The translations under genes were made by a program, and so were the position numbers. A stretch of DNA of 64,000 nt from contig CBFDEM010000034.1 of assembly GCA_965603825.1 (NCBI GenBank), forward strand, positions 62,001-126,000, in the 5' to 3' direction. Below are positions 26,275 to 39,044 of the stretch, piece by piece. The notes beneath the pieces are model-generated. The model was not told the origin of the DNA, made no database searches, and was given only the letters and a program-made list of their open reading frames with translations. The stretch's first letter is position 1, and every line of letters begins with the position of its first letter. Source of the DNA: Blepharisma stoltei ATCC 30299. Taxonomy: Eukaryota > Protista > Ciliophora.

Positions 26275-26556
26275 ATGAATATGGAACCAAGAGAGGCAAG
26301 CACCCACAATTTTAATCACGACGAAGAAGAAAATGAACTTGACAACTTGGATTTCATGACTGAGCTTGAAGAATTACGTGCATTGATGGACGGAAAAATT
26401 GTGAATGCGGAAGGAGACATTGTAAATGTAGAAATAGAAGACGAAAATGAACTGGATAGTCTTGATTTTATGGTAGAGTTGGAAAAACTGCGTCCATTAC
26501 TGGATGGGAAGATTGTCAATCCAGATGGTGATATTATAGATATATCTCATAAGTAA
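26275..26556 (+). CDS. Small acidic protein with two 38-aa repeats
   Basis: ENELDNLDFMTELEELRALMDGKIVNAEGDI / ENELDSLDFMVELEKLRPLLDGKIVNPDGDI, 114-nt period; start codon uncertain. Confidence 0.6.
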   Translation: MNMEPREASTHNFNHDEEENELDNLDFMTELEELRALMDGKIVNAEGDIVNVEIEDENELDSLDFMVELEKLRPLLDGKIVNPDGDIIDISHK

Positions 26557-26952
26557 AATAAATATCTTTTAAAATAGTTTAGGGAAAGAAACAAGTTTTT
26601 GTAAGGAATAAGAAAGTTAATTGGAAAAATGATAAATAAAGGAAATTATGTTTTAATAAATATAGTTTTGATGAGAAAATAGTGGAAGAGAATTTAAGTG
26701 GTAAGAACAGTTATTTTGGAAAAACAGAATTTGGCGAATGTTTTTAGCTGAAATGAAATGAGGTTTAATATAGAAAAAAATTTCAGCTTATTATTCGTCA
26801 GTGGTAGGTATTATTATAATTAACACTATATATTTAGTGTATTAATTAACTTTGATGAAAATTTATTATGAACTAGCATATGCTGTGAAGATCTCATTAG
26901 TAGACTATTGCAGCTAAAAATAATAAAAAAGATAATTAAATTATATATATAT

Positions 26953-27350
26953 ATGGAGACTCAAAATTGCTCATTTACTAATTGCGAGAGTGTAGCTGAA
27001 TATTTAGGTCATTGCACTTCTCCAAAACTCATTTATTCCTGTGATATTCATCTCGGCAAGCATCTTAAAGCAAGATCCCCTTCAAAAGGGAATAAATACG
27101 AACTTTATATATTAGAAACATAAAAAAAACACACAAAAGGCGGCTGTTAAAATACTCAAATACTCTTAGAAGTTCATTCAAACAAAAAAATGCTTAAAGA
27201 GACACTATGGTGAGGCTGTCTCAAATTCCGAGATTAGCCTCAATGAATCCACAAAAAATATAAATTCAAAAATAAAAGAGCGCACGAGAAGAAGCATTTT
27301 AAAAGATATAGAAATGATCTTCTTTTAAATTGTTTGATGCATAGATTCCT
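26953..27350 (+). pseudogene. Decayed gene with N-terminal Cys/His zinc-binding-like motif
   Basis: METQNCSFTNC...HC...SCDIHLGKH, then TAA at 27121 and broken coding-like sequence. Confidence 0.4.
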
Positions 27351-28167
27351 GCATTTCTAGGTGGGGTTTTCAGATATTTCTAAAATTTTATGAGTTTATA
27401 TTCAATGCTAGGATTGGTAACTTACTGAAATAGAGTTCTTTAAGAATAGATGCGCTATCTTTTAATATTTTTATTTTTATTTATGCTTATATAAGCAGAT
27501 TTGATTCCACAAGTGAAATGATCAATATTAGCACAACGCACTATGATTTAAAATTGAATACAGTATAAATGTATAATTTAAGTTGAAAATATTGACTGCT
27601 ATTAGAATTAATGATTTGTTTTAATTAAATTGCTAATTATTAGCTATTAAAATAATCTTGAAACTCCTAATAAGATGAAACATTTCCACTCTATTAATTC
27701 TGTCTGATCAATAAAAAAATTATAACTCCAAGCAATGTTTGGAAGAAAACTTGTTGATGAAGAAATTGTATTATGATAAGAAAAACAGATTTGGATGGAG
27801 ATAGAAGTATCAATTTGATAGATTCTTTGGAATGAAGATGACTAAATAAATATTATACATTTAGTTTTACTTTTAAAAAATATTAAATTTATCGAATTAA
27901 GAATTTTACTTGTTAGAATAAAATCCTAATATTAAGTAAATCATTCATTCAATAGCTTCAATTTATGGATAACTATGCTCTATTTAACAAGATGAATTTC
28001 CGCTTAAAAACTTACTTTATATTAATCTATTTATCAATTAAAAAATCATAATTCCTCAAATTTCGAAGTTTTAAAATACTCAAGATTTAATCTTTCATAA
28101 AAGTCCCACAGCTTTAATAGCCTTAAAAATCTATCACCATAAAAATTTCCAAATTTTACTTCACAAG

Positions 28168-28196
28168 CCATATTGTTTTGGAAAGTGTCGCAGTTC
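28168..28196 (+). promoter_or_regulatory. Conserved upstream element of calmodulin
   Basis: 26/29 identical to 31212-31240, at a similar distance from the ATG. Confidence 0.55.
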
Positions 28197-28236
28197 CATG
28201 CTTAAATACCCACAAAATTTTCATAACTAATAAATA

Positions 28237-28686
28237 ATGGCAGAACAATTAACTGAAGAACAGATCGCAGAATTCAAGGAAGCTTTCTCCTTATTCGACA
28301 AAGACGGTGATGGGACCATCACAACAAAAGAGCTTGGAACAGTCATGAGATCCCTCGGTCAAAACCCAACCGAAGCCGAACTTCAAGACATGATCAACGA
28401 AGTCGACGCTGATGGAAACGGAACAATTGATTTCCCTGAATTCTTAAGCCTTATGGCAAGAAAAATGAAAGATCAAGACACTGAAGAAGAACTCATTGAA
28501 GCTTTCAAGGTCTTCGACAGAGATGGGAATGGACTTATTAGCGCCGCTGAGCTAAGACATGTGATGACCAATTTGGGAGAAAAACTTACTGACGAAGAAG
28601 TCGATGAAATGATCAGAGAAGCAGATTTAGATGGAGATGGACATATCAATTATGAAGAATTCGTTAGAATGATGATGGCTAAATAA
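28237..28686 (+). CDS. CAM: Calmodulin (canonical)
   Basis: 149 aa, four intact EF-hands, near-universal calmodulin sequence. Confidence 0.99.
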   Translation: MAEQLTEEQIAEFKEAFSLFDKDGDGTITTKELGTVMRSLGQNPTEAELQDMINEVDADGNGTIDFPEFLSLMARKMKDQDTEEELIEAFKVFDRDGNGLISAAELRHVMTNLGEKLTDEEVDEMIREADLDGDGHINYEEFVRMMMAK

Positions 28687-28799
28687 ATATTTTCTTTTGA
28701 TTTAAAAAGCTTTTTATTTTTCTAATAAGGGGAACTTTGAAATTAAAGTTTCTTTTATTATATAGTCTATTAATGGAAGATAGATCATTAGTTACATAA

Positions 28800-31046
28800 T
28801 AATTTATCCTAGGATAGTGTGTAAGAAAGTATGTAATCAAATAATCACGTGATTATTGTCCTCTTCTGGATGAGCAAGCAGCAAAAATTTAAAAAGATCC
28901 AAACTCCATATTTGCAGTTGGTTAAGCCTCGTCGAAGAATCACTCAAAAGCAACTTTTGACAGCTGCAAATAAGATTCCAAGGCATCAAGTTCAAGCTCT
29001 GAATCAGACTATTAATTTTAAAAAATTATGAAGTTTTATTGTAATGAATCTTTTGGTCTTTTTCAGCTTCTCATAGTCAAGTCTTGATTTATATCCTTTC
29101 CAGTGAGATGTGTCTCTATCATAATCGTTGAAATTGGCACCAAGTCTATGCATTTGTTTTGGTTATTTCCAATTAGCTAGTCTTCTTTAACTTTATTAGC
29201 CGCTCTTCTTTGCTCTATCTGTCTTTCTCTCGTTGCCTCCCTTTATTCTTAAGCTTGTCGTTCTTTGAGAATTCTTCTTGTTTTGACTTGGCCAGCTTCC
29301 TCGATTTTTGCTGCTCACGCTCCTTTTCATTTCTTCTTCAGCTGGATTCATTAGCCTCTTTAAATAGATTTTTGTCAGTCTTTGTGGTATCCGCGAAGGT
29401 TCTGTCTTGGAAAAGCGTGGCTGATCATTCTGGTGAGACATTCGAAAGAAATGAGTCTTTTGCTCGACATATAAACTTCTTTTGGTTTGTTTGAGTTAAA
29501 ATCAGAGTATAAAATGCCAGCCCTCGAAATATTCAAAGAAATCGCTTAGCCTTGCTGAGTTGTATTTGCGGCTAAGATCCTAGGCTATACTTCAGAGAGG
29601 GAAAGTATTGGAAATTTTCATGCAAAAGTTTTTTGAAAGCCTATTTATCGAAATATTAATTTTGCATAAGTAATTTTCCAAGCTAAAAATTTTTCAGACT
29701 CTGAAATTTTCATAAAAAACAGCATGCTTCAAGAAAGTGTCTTTCAAAAAAATGTACCTCTATATCGGATATTCTATATACTTGCCATCTTTAAATATAA
29801 ATATATACCTATAGGGTCTCCATTTTTCTTGATGGCATCCTACTACAACATGTTGGTTTTATAAACACATAAACCCTTGATTATCGCCTGATTACACTTT
29901 AACAGAAGTCCAAAATTGGAATTTATGCTAAAAATTTCTATTGGAAGCGAATCCACTCTTAAAAATTTTGAAAAATTGGCAAGAAGGGTTGCAAAAGAAA
30001 GAAGAGAGGAGCCCTAAAAAACTTGATGAAAATGATTATGCTAGAAAATATGTGATCAAATAATCACGTGCTTATCGTCCTCTTCTGTGAGGGAAAGCAG
30101 CCGCTGACCTCGACTGAAAATCTAAAAAGAGTCAAACTCCATATTTGCCAGTTGGTGAAGCCTCGTCGAAGAATCACTCAAAAGCAGCTTTTGACGGCTG
30201 CAATAAGATTTCAGACCTTAGCTTTCGGAGACCATGAATTTATTTAATCAAAGAATTTGGGCAGTATTTTGCTAAAAGAATATTATTGCTACCTGCGAGT
30301 CTCTTTGCGAGCTATTTTTTAATCTAAGCTACGAAAGTTACTTAAAGCTTCTCCGCATTGCTGTTCAATTTGAAAGACTTGATTGGCCAGGTCTTGGACA
30401 TTAAAAATTAATGCTCATTCTTTTTGGCGAAGAAGTTTTTTCCTACGCAAGAGGTCTAATTTTTCGTGCAGAGTCACAGGTTTCTCTGCTTGTAACATGC
30501 CACGATATCTGTTGATCATCAGCATTCTCCTTCCTCGCTTATATAGAATTTCTTTAGTTCCGGGAGTCTGACCAAAGATTGATTTCTTCAAGCCAACGAG
30601 CGTTTTTCAAAATTTCCTATGAGCAGCTATATCCTTTTCGATGTTGACAGAATTTTCCATATTTATTTGAGAAACTCAAAATTAAAGAAATGGCTTAAGT
30701 TAAGGATCTAGGATAGTAATAAATTCTTTCAATCTTTGGTTCGAGAGTATTTCCATATTTCACGCACTCCCACGCCAAATCCATCATTTTGAGTGCATTC
30801 AAGTAAGATGAGAGCATATCGCTGTCGTATTTCATGCCATAAGAATGCACCATGCTTCAGTACACAGCGCTCCACGTTGCATTTGAGATACTTCTTTTCT
30901 CCGTTGTGCCACTTTAATTTCTCTTTCTTTTTGCTTCTTATCTCCCTCTTCCCTTTTTCTTATTTTGCCTCTTCCTCGTCCTGGTGCTTCTGAATAATTT
31001 TGTTTTTTCTTGCTTGTCTCCTTTGTAGGAAATATATTAAAGCCAT
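28800..31046 (-). pseudogene. Two decayed tandem paralogues of an unknown gene
   Basis: 28830-28985 and 30050-30212 are clearly homologous (aataatcacgtg, aaactccatatttgc, gcctcgtcgaagaatcactcaaaagca). Minus-strand reading frames are broken by TAA/TAG and indels. Confidence 0.5.
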
Positions 31047-31211
31047 ATATATAATGTTTTAATAAAAAGCTTTTGCTAAAATGAGAGTAAGCAAAGGTCT
31101 ATTTTTGATAAATCCATTTAGTCCTTGGATTAATTTGCTAATCATATATTAAAGCTTCTGCTGCTGATTGTTCTTTAGCCCTGCATTTATATTTTAGCAT
31201 ATCTAATCCCT

Positions 31212-31240
31212 CCATTTTGTTTTGTAAAATGTCGCAGTTC
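31212..31240 (+). promoter_or_regulatory. Conserved upstream element of divergent calmodulin-like gene
   Basis: Matches 28168-28196. Confidence 0.55.
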
Positions 31241-31277
31241 AATTTCATAACTTTATAATTTTCTTATCATACAAATT

Positions 31278-31724
31278 ATGGCTGAGTATTTTACACGAGA
31301 TCAATTAATTCCACTAAGAGAAGCTTATACTAGATTTGATAACGACTCTGATGGAACTATAACTACTAGAGAGCTTGAACAAATTATTAAGTATCTAGGA
31401 TATAATATATCTGAAGCGCAGCTTATCAAGCTTATTATTAGCATTGAATGTGAAGCTGGAGCTCTTGATTTTACTGATTTCTTAGAAATTGTCTCAAAAA
31501 TCATGAAGAGTCTGCAAATTAAAATAGAACTGATTAGAGAATTTAGAGACTTTGATAAAAATGGAAGCGGACGCATAGGGATTGCTGATTTGAGAGAAAT
31601 CATAATGAAATATGGAAGGAAATTGAAAGACTATGAAGCTGATGAATTAATAAAAAAAGCTGATATAGATGAAGATGGATGCACCGTTTATGAAGAATTT
31701 TTAGAAATGATGATTGAGTATTAA
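31278..31724 (+). CDS. Divergent calmodulin-like protein
   Basis: EF loops DNDSDGTITTRE, DKNGSGRIGIAD, DIDEDGCTVYEE; EF2 degenerate. Confidence 0.9.
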   Translation: MAEYFTRDQLIPLREAYTRFDNDSDGTITTRELEQIIKYLGYNISEAQLIKLIISIECEAGALDFTDFLEIVSKIMKSLQIKIELIREFRDFDKNGSGRIGIADLREIIMKYGRKLKDYEADELIKKADIDEDGCTVYEEFLEMMIEY

Positions 31725-32307
31725 TAAAATATGGTTATATTAAATGAAACAATTAAGTATCAAGTAGTTGATCAAAGCGTAATAATAAAAAACTTATTTA
31801 TAAAGAAACAAACCTTTATTTGCGAACTATATTAAAAATTTTATTTATTTCTAATCAAGCTCAGCTTGTTTTTATAAAAATAATTAACTTATTTACGCCA
31901 GCATAAAAAATAGCTTATTTATGAAGGTAGAAATATTTAGCCTACCCGTTGAGAACGAGGCGCTTCAAATCTTACATGCTATAAAGAATAAATTAATTTT
32001 CTGTTTTTAGATTTAATCAAGTTCCATATTTTAAGAGTCTTAACTTGATTAATAAAAAACTCTCTTTATGTATAGAATCAATTTTAGGGGAAAATTTGCA
32101 ACTAAACGGTAAGAAAAAAGCAATTAAATTGATTAAATTTCGTAAAATAATTTTTCAAATGATTTTAATATTTAGTTCATTCGATAATTCAATTTAATTC
32201 AATATAGCCTTATAAAATATTTTTTATATTTTATTGCTCAACAATTATGTCAAATTTCAACATAACCCTTAAATGCCTTAAATATGCAATATTGGTAATA
32301 ATAAATT

Positions 32308-32760
32308 ATGTCCAAGGATTTAACTGAAGAACAGTTGGCTGAACTTAAAGAAGCATTTTCACTCTTTGACAAGGACGGCAATGGGCAAATTACAACAAGG
32401 GAGCTTGGGACAGTCATGAGATCTATTGGTCAAAACCCAACTGAGGGTGAACTTCAAGACATAATCAATGAAGTGGACCATAATGGAAACGGAACTGTCG
32501 ATTTCCCAGAGTTTGTTACTCTTATGGCAAAAAGAATGGTACCATCGGCAGATCCTATGGAAGAAATTATGGAAGCTTTCAGAGCTTTTGATAGAGATGG
32601 AAGTGGGTTTATCACTGCTGATGAATTAAAACAAGCTATGGCAACTTTGGGTGAAAGATTAACAGACGTAGAAATTGAGGAAATGATTAAAGAAGCAGAT
32701 GCAGATGGAAGTGGCCATATCAGCTATGAAGAATTCGTAAAGATGATGGTCGCTAAATAA
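32308..32760 (+). CDS. Calmodulin-like protein
   Basis: Four canonical EF-hands, 150 aa, ends MMVAK. Confidence 0.95.
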   Translation: MSKDLTEEQLAELKEAFSLFDKDGNGQITTRELGTVMRSIGQNPTEGELQDIINEVDHNGNGTVDFPEFVTLMAKRMVPSADPMEEIMEAFRAFDRDGSGFITADELKQAMATLGERLTDVEIEEMIKEADADGSGHISYEEFVKMMVAK

Positions 32761-34046
32761 GCATTAAGTTAATTTACTAAATGATTTATTGATTTTCAGA
32801 ATTTAAGAGGACATTTAATTTTATATTTTGACTCTATGTCACCAAACCAATAAAACTATAGAACTATACGAATATATGCAAATTTATACAGCAAGAGCAC
32901 TGATTTAATTACTAGATATAATAAAACTATAAATCTTTCAATATAAAATATCTATGCAAGGTTGAAACATTTAAAACGGAGACATTTTTTGTCTGAAAAA
33001 TTCGGCGAATATGTCAAAAGTTCTATTCTAAATTTTCTAAAAATTGTCAAAAATTATCAAAAATACCAAAAAATTGTAAAAGTTATGCATAAAAGAAACT
33101 TACCCATATAAGCTAAATTTAATAAATGAAATAATTTTAAAATTTGAGTCCAAAAATGCTAAAACTCAAAAGATGATTTTCTATTTCTGTCTGCTGCTAT
33201 AGTTGAAACAGCTCTTTCAAGACTTTTATACCTATTAAAATTATCTTCTGAAACCCTCTACGAATTGTTAAAGATTTAAAGTATAAGAAAACTAATTTCA
33301 GGAATTATTCTAATAGACTACTCAAAAATTAGTTTAAACCTATTTGAAGCTGAATGAGTTTATCATTTATCTTTATTATGCTATTTCATTTTTAAGAGCT
33401 AAAATAGCTCAGTAATTATATTTAAAATAAGCCAGAAAATTGTTTATGATATTAAATGCTTATTCAAATATTTTAAATAAATAATAGTTTAACTTTTATT
33501 AAATGGCTGAGCAACCAAAGATAAAGTAAGAAATCTGTTGATATTTGACAAAAGAATTAATGGAATAAACACATAAAACATATTCTCCCACCATTGCGAT
33601 TTATTCGTCAAAGTCTAACAGAAGAGGAAGTCAATAATATGACTCACTAATTTTACAGATGAAGAGATAATCGGGAATGGGATAACAAATTATAGCTCTA
33701 TAAGTCTTTGATCGAAATGAAATTGGGATATCTGAACATTGTTGAGATTAAACATATTATGAGCTACCCATAAAATAAAAAACCGATAAAGAAACCATAT
33801 TGATGCAATGACTATTAAAAATTGGCTGAGATTATAAAAAAAATTATTATTAGCTATACAATAATCTAGCATTAAAATAATGTAATTTCCCATATAAAAG
33901 CCATATAAATATGTGAATTGCTGGAATTACTATAAGTTTCCTTTATTTCCCTTTTTCTAATTCTGATAAAAGATTGCCATTTATTCTGATTGAACAGAAT
34001 AATAATCAGTCTACATATTAGTAATTCTGTTCAAAATTATAATAAA

Positions 34047-35105
34047 ATGGACGGATTCCGTGAGTTAGATTCTTCTCCAAAGCAATCTAAAAAAATTTTA
34101 CTATCAGTTTTCAGCATTTTTGCTATCATAGGTATAATAGCAGCCATATCAGTCCTAAACAGTTCCCAAAATACTTGCAAATCTTCTCAGTATCAAATTG
34201 AAGAGAATGAATTCCAAGATTACCTTTCCAAATGAAACAAAATTTATTCAGATGAACTAGAATATCAATCCCGATTCAAAATTTACAAGGAAAATTCTGT
34301 CTTTATCCGCAATTTTAATTCCCAAGGCCACAGCTGGACTCTTAAATTAAATGAGTTTGCTGATATGACACCGTCCGAATTCAAAAGTATTTATACACCT
34401 ACAAAAATTCCATATAAAACTCGTTTAAATATCCAAAACCATAAAATAGATGCTAATATTCCTGCACAAGTAGACTGGACTGTAGGTGGCGCAGTTACTT
34501 ATGTCAAAAACCAAGGCCAATGTGGAAGCTGTTGGGCATTTTCAACTACAGGTTCTGTAGAAGGGGCTTGGTTTATAGCTGGACATCCTCTAACCCCTTT
34601 TTCTGAGCAAGAGCTTGTAGACTGTTCATCATCATATGGAAATTTCGGTTGTAATGGTGGTCTTATGGACAACGCTTTTCAATATATCATAGCTAATGGG
34701 ATTTCAACAGAAAACAGTTATCCATACACAGCTCGTGATGGAATATGCAATAAAGATAAGACTAAAGTCCCTGATGCTCAAATTGCATCATATGCTGATG
34801 TTACTCAAAATAATATTAATGCACTTCAAGCAGCCGTTTCTCAGCAGCCTGTCAGTGTTGCTGTAGAAGCTGATCAGGCTGCTTGGCAATTTTACTCAGG
34901 AGGAGTAGTTACAGATAATTGTGGAAATGCTTTGGACCATGGAGTACTAGTGGTAGGGTATAATATGAACAATACCCCTCCATATTGGAAAGTCAAAAAT
35001 TCATGGGGAGCAGAATGGGGTGAAGCTGGGTACATTAGAATTGCTATTGTAGATGGAGATGGAGTCTGCGGAATCCAAATGCAGCCAAGCTATCCAATAG
35101 TTTAA
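34047..35105 (+). CDS. Papain-family (cathepsin L-like) cysteine protease with I29 propeptide
   Basis: N-terminal TM; ERFNIN-like and LNEFADMT propeptide after TGA 34233; QGQCGSCWAFS, LDHGV, KNSWG. Confidence 0.95.
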
Positions 35106-35120
35106 AAATTTTAAAAAAAA

Positions 35121-36332
35121 TTAAATTTTACCATATTCTAGTAATAAATCATGAAGAAATCCTCTATATTCATTCACATTGAACTGTGAAAATGAGTCTT
35201 TGACTCCTAATGAAATGCGATATGCATTCATTAGAATATAAACTGAAGAATCCTTATCAGTAAAAATTAATTTTTCGCTGACTTTTTTGTATGTAAAATC
35301 ACGCCAAGGGCTTTCTTCAATTTCACGATTTTCATGATGCTTTAGCTCTTGCTTCAGGAATTTGTAGATTAAAACAAAGATTTCGTTGGAGTGTTTAAAC
35401 AGCTGCAGGGGATCATAATACTCAATAAGTAAATCCTTCAAATTTACTGATAAAAGAGTCCAGCTTTGATCTACTGATACAGGGAACAATAAAACACTAG
35501 GTAAAAATTACTTATATTTGAATGGATTATTTTTTGCATGAAATGAGTGACCATGCTTCCTATGAAAGATCCTTTGAGAAAATTCGGTATTAGAAATAAG
35601 AACATTGTGTTTGATTTCGTTTTTGGTTTGCATAATGTGATTTTTTTGTTTGAAAATAGTCATGCATGCATCTATAATTTTATTTGTAATGGGCTGCCGA
35701 TTTTTGAGAGCATTTAGATCATCACCCGAAAGTTGAAGAGTTTTTATTGTCAAAACACTGTTAGGCTGAGATGCAAGCACGTATTCCTTATATAAAGCAT
35801 CGTCAGATGTTTTGTTATCTTCAGGTGTTTTTACCCTTCTTTTGGGAACGCAAGAATTGTCTTGAGAAGGTATTGATAATCTGTTTGCCATTAGCTCATT
35901 CCGATTTTCTACCTCAGGAGCTTTTTCAGGGGGATAATTATTCATATCTATATCACTTGCATTGTTTACAGTAATTGAATAAAATCCTTCCAAGTCTGAA
36001 TTCCGGCGTGAATGTGCAGTACTGGATGGCTCAGTAGACACATAATTTGATAAAGGAGAAGGAAGACTTGCCGAAACATTGACTTTATTTATATTATTTG
36101 CTCGCAAAAAGTCTGGAAGAGTTCCATTTAATAAATTTTTTGGGCTTGCTAATTTTGCATAAGGGGATGAATTAGTAGCTTTTGGCGAAGACCCAAATGA
36201 TCCTGATCTATGCCTCCCAACTTGAGGAATTGATATACAAAGATTTGAAGATTGAGCTCGCCTATGATTTGAATTTAGCTTGTTGTGAGGAGACTTGATT
36301 TCGTCCATTTTTGGATTTTTATATGACTGCAT
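35121..36332 (-). CDS. Ulp1/SENP-fold protein lacking catalytic His/Cys
   Basis: DDLNALKNRQPITNKIIDACM, LLFPVSVDQSWTLL, IEYYDPL, DSSVYI; needs intron 35497-35511. Confidence 0.7.
35497..35511 (-). other. 15-nt intron gtaatttttacctag
   Basis: Contains in-frame TAA; removal fuses two ORFs. Confidence 0.85.
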
Positions 36333-36809
36333 TTTTTTAATATAACAAAATAATGTCAACTCACAAATTTTGTGAGTTAGATTTTTAATAAGCTCCTGCT
36401 CATGATGAATTTTTCTAAATTTTATCGAGCTATGAATGCGGCCTAGTATTATTAACAAAATTTAACTGTTTTTTCTATTCTAAATAGACCTTTAATTATC
36501 ATGATGAAATGCAGCCATTTTATTGCCGACAGAATTTTCTCCAATGAGCAATAATACTCGACAAATAACCCAGTGTCAGGAAAATTTGCGTAATTTTAAT
36601 AATCTGCAGAGCTTTGGAATAAAAAAAGTTGATAATTATAAATTTCTTTAGAAATAGAGCAGAAAATAAAAATCTGGTATCGAGAATAAAATATTATTCT
36701 GCTGGTGCAGTAAAAAAATTTGATATAAACAGTCAATTAAAAATAGCAAGCTAAAAACTCTCAATTAAAAGGTGCCAATAAAATATTTATAAATTTAAGG
36801 TATTCTTCT

Positions 36810-39044
36810 TTAATCTTTTCTTTTATATGGAGAAGAAAACGCTGAAAACGACAAAAGTCCTAAAAGCCTTGAGTTTCCTCCGCCTTTAACTTTCTTCACA
36901 ATTTGTGCATGCTGCTTCTGAGGACTTTCAGGCTTATTTTCAGTTCCTCTATGATCTCTAATCTTCTGCCTGATTTCAGACAATCTTTCTTTTAGTTTTT
37001 CACATCTTTCCTTATATTTCAGTGCTCTTTCTTTATATATTCCACATTTCTGTTTATATGCACTTAGATCATCAGCCATCTTTTTCATCAATTGTCCAAA
37101 GCTTTTCTCTAAATTTGACACTTTCCCCTTCATATGATCCTCATATTCTTTTTTTGCAATTTCAATTTTCTGAAATTCTTGGTCTTTTTGAATAATTTTC
37201 TGTTCCAAAGAATAAATTACATCGAATTTACTTCGCAAATCTGAAGAAAGCTGCATTTTTTCTTCAATTAATGTATTTATTTCAATAGAGGTGGATGTTA
37301 TTTCTTCAGCTTTTGCGTTATTACAGTCTTGGATAATTCTTGAATAATGAGCTTTTAGCTGTTCTTCTTGCAGCTGATATTTTTCTCTAAGATTTTTGAC
37401 TTCTGCTATTAAATCTTCTTTATCTTTGATTGGTGTCGTATTTAATAATAAATTTTGCATTTCCATTTCTTTTTTTGAAATTGTTAAATTTGCTTCTGCT
37501 AGAGCTTCTTGCAGGCTGTCAATTATTTTTTTTAAATTTTCATTTTTTGCAGTCAATTTACAGACCGCTTCTTCACTATCTTGAAGTTTATCCTCAATGC
37601 TTTGCATTGAAAATAAGATGTCCATGAGTTTTGAATTGACTTCTTCGTTTTCTCTAGCCAAAGATTGGGCTCTAGCAGTTTGTATAGCTAAATCTTGGGA
37701 GAGTTCATTATTTTTTTCAATTTCTTCAGCAAGATGTTCTCTTTCTAGTTCAAGCTCTTGAATGAGTCCTTGTAAATCATTTTCATTAACTGACGTTTCT
37801 TCTGTATCTCTTGAGCTATTTCTGCCTGAATCTATAGCTCGTTTTTCAAGTAAGCCAATTTTTATTTCTTTTTGCTTGATTTCTTCTTGTGCTTTTGCTA
37901 GCAAAAGTTTTAGTTCTGCTACTGTAAATTCCTTATTAATTTTTGGCTTGTTTTTGATTGATTTTGCTCTGATTCCGAATCTCAGTGTACTGATTGTTTC
38001 TTGTTCATTATAAGAAGAAGGCGAACACGTCAAAATTAGTGTGGTTTTGGAATTCCCTCCTAAGGATTCTTGAAGAATCCTTGTGAGCTTTGAATCTCGA
38101 TAGGGAACATGAGTGGATTTCCCATCTGTCAATGAATAAATGACCAGTCCTAGAGTTGTAAGTGACAGATTAATTTTTTTTGCTTCATCAAGCCTTTTCC
38201 CTTCAGCCCCAGTTTTGCTGATTTTTTCACTTCCAGCTAAATCTACTAAATATAGCTTCCCAGTTTTTTCGCTCATGTCTGTAGTATTGCTTTGAGATAT
38301 CGTTAAAATAAAAATTGCATGTGATCTGGAGCTCCCTTCATTCATATTTGTCGCTGCAACTTCTCTGTTTTTCCCTCCCATTTTCATCAATTGGTAAACT
38401 TCTTCTTCCTGTGATACATATTCTTCAGTTAAATTTTCAATAAAAATTCCTCTCGTTCTGTCTTCCATGATTTTTAGATCTCCTCTTGATGGATTGAATA
38501 AGTCTTTTATTTTTTCTAGATATATTTCACAATAGCCTACTTTTACAGCAAATTCTAAGTGTTCATCAGCTTCCTGAATGCTTTGAAAAACTGTTTTTAC
38601 CATACGAGGAATAATTCCTCGATAGACTGGGTCATCAAGACTTGGCCCACTCATTGTGAATGTTTTTCCTGAAGAAGTTTGCCCATATGCCAGAATGGTT
38701 CCATTGAATCCTTCAAGTACAGACTCAACTACAGGTCTTGCTGCCATTTCATATACTTCTGCTTGGCTTGAGTCAGGAGAAAATACTCTATCAAAATTAA
38801 AAACTGGCAAACATCCAGCATCTGACTGGGTTAGCATTCTAACTGATTTTAAGTCACTACCAAACTCAATACACGATCTTTCACTATATTCTTTTTCTTT
38901 GCTGTTTAATGGACGAAATCTGCAAATAACTTTTACATTGCCCTTCGCTGAATCTTCTTCAGGATTTCTTTCATTTTCTAGTTGTTCTGTGTTAAATCTG
39001 TTGGAAGTTCTTTTGAAAAATGATTGTGGGGTTTTATCACTCAT
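36810..39044 (-). CDS. Kinesin (kinesin-1 heavy-chain-like), N-terminal motor plus coiled coil
   Basis: AYGQTSSGKT, SSRSH, DLAGSE, HVPYRDSKLTRILQESLGGN. Confidence 0.97.
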   Translation of the reverse strand: MSDKTPQSFFKRTSNRFNTEQLENERNPEEDSAKGNVKVICRFRPLNSKEKEYSERSCIEFGSDLKSVRMLTQSDAGCLPVFNFDRVFSPDSSQAEVYEMAARPVVESVLEGFNGTILAYGQTSSGKTFTMSGPSLDDPVYRGIIPRMVKTVFQSIQEADEHLEFAVKVGYCEIYLEKIKDLFNPSRGDLKIMEDRTRGIFIENLTEEYVSQEEEVYQLMKMGGKNREVAATNMNEGSSRSHAIFILTISQSNTTDMSEKTGKLYLVDLAGSEKISKTGAEGKRLDEAKKINLSLTTLGLVIYSLTDGKSTHVPYRDSKLTRILQESLGGNSKTTLILTCSPSSYNEQETISTLRFGIRAKSIKNKPKINKEFTVAELKLLLAKAQEEIKQKEIKIGLLEKRAIDSGRNSSRDTEETSVNENDLQGLIQELELEREHLAEEIEKNNELSQDLAIQTARAQSLARENEEVNSKLMDILFSMQSIEDKLQDSEEAVCKLTAKNENLKKIIDSLQEALAEANLTISKKEMEMQNLLLNTTPIKDKEDLIAEVKNLREKYQLQEEQLKAHYSRIIQDCNNAKAEEITSTSIEINTLIEEKMQLSSDLRSKFDVIYSLEQKIIQKDQEFQKIEIAKKEYEDHMKGKVSNLEKSFGQLMKKMADDLSAYKQKCGIYKERALKYKERCEKLKERLSEIRQKIRDHRGTENKPESPQKQHAQIVKKVKGGGNSRLLGLLSFSAFSSPYKRKD

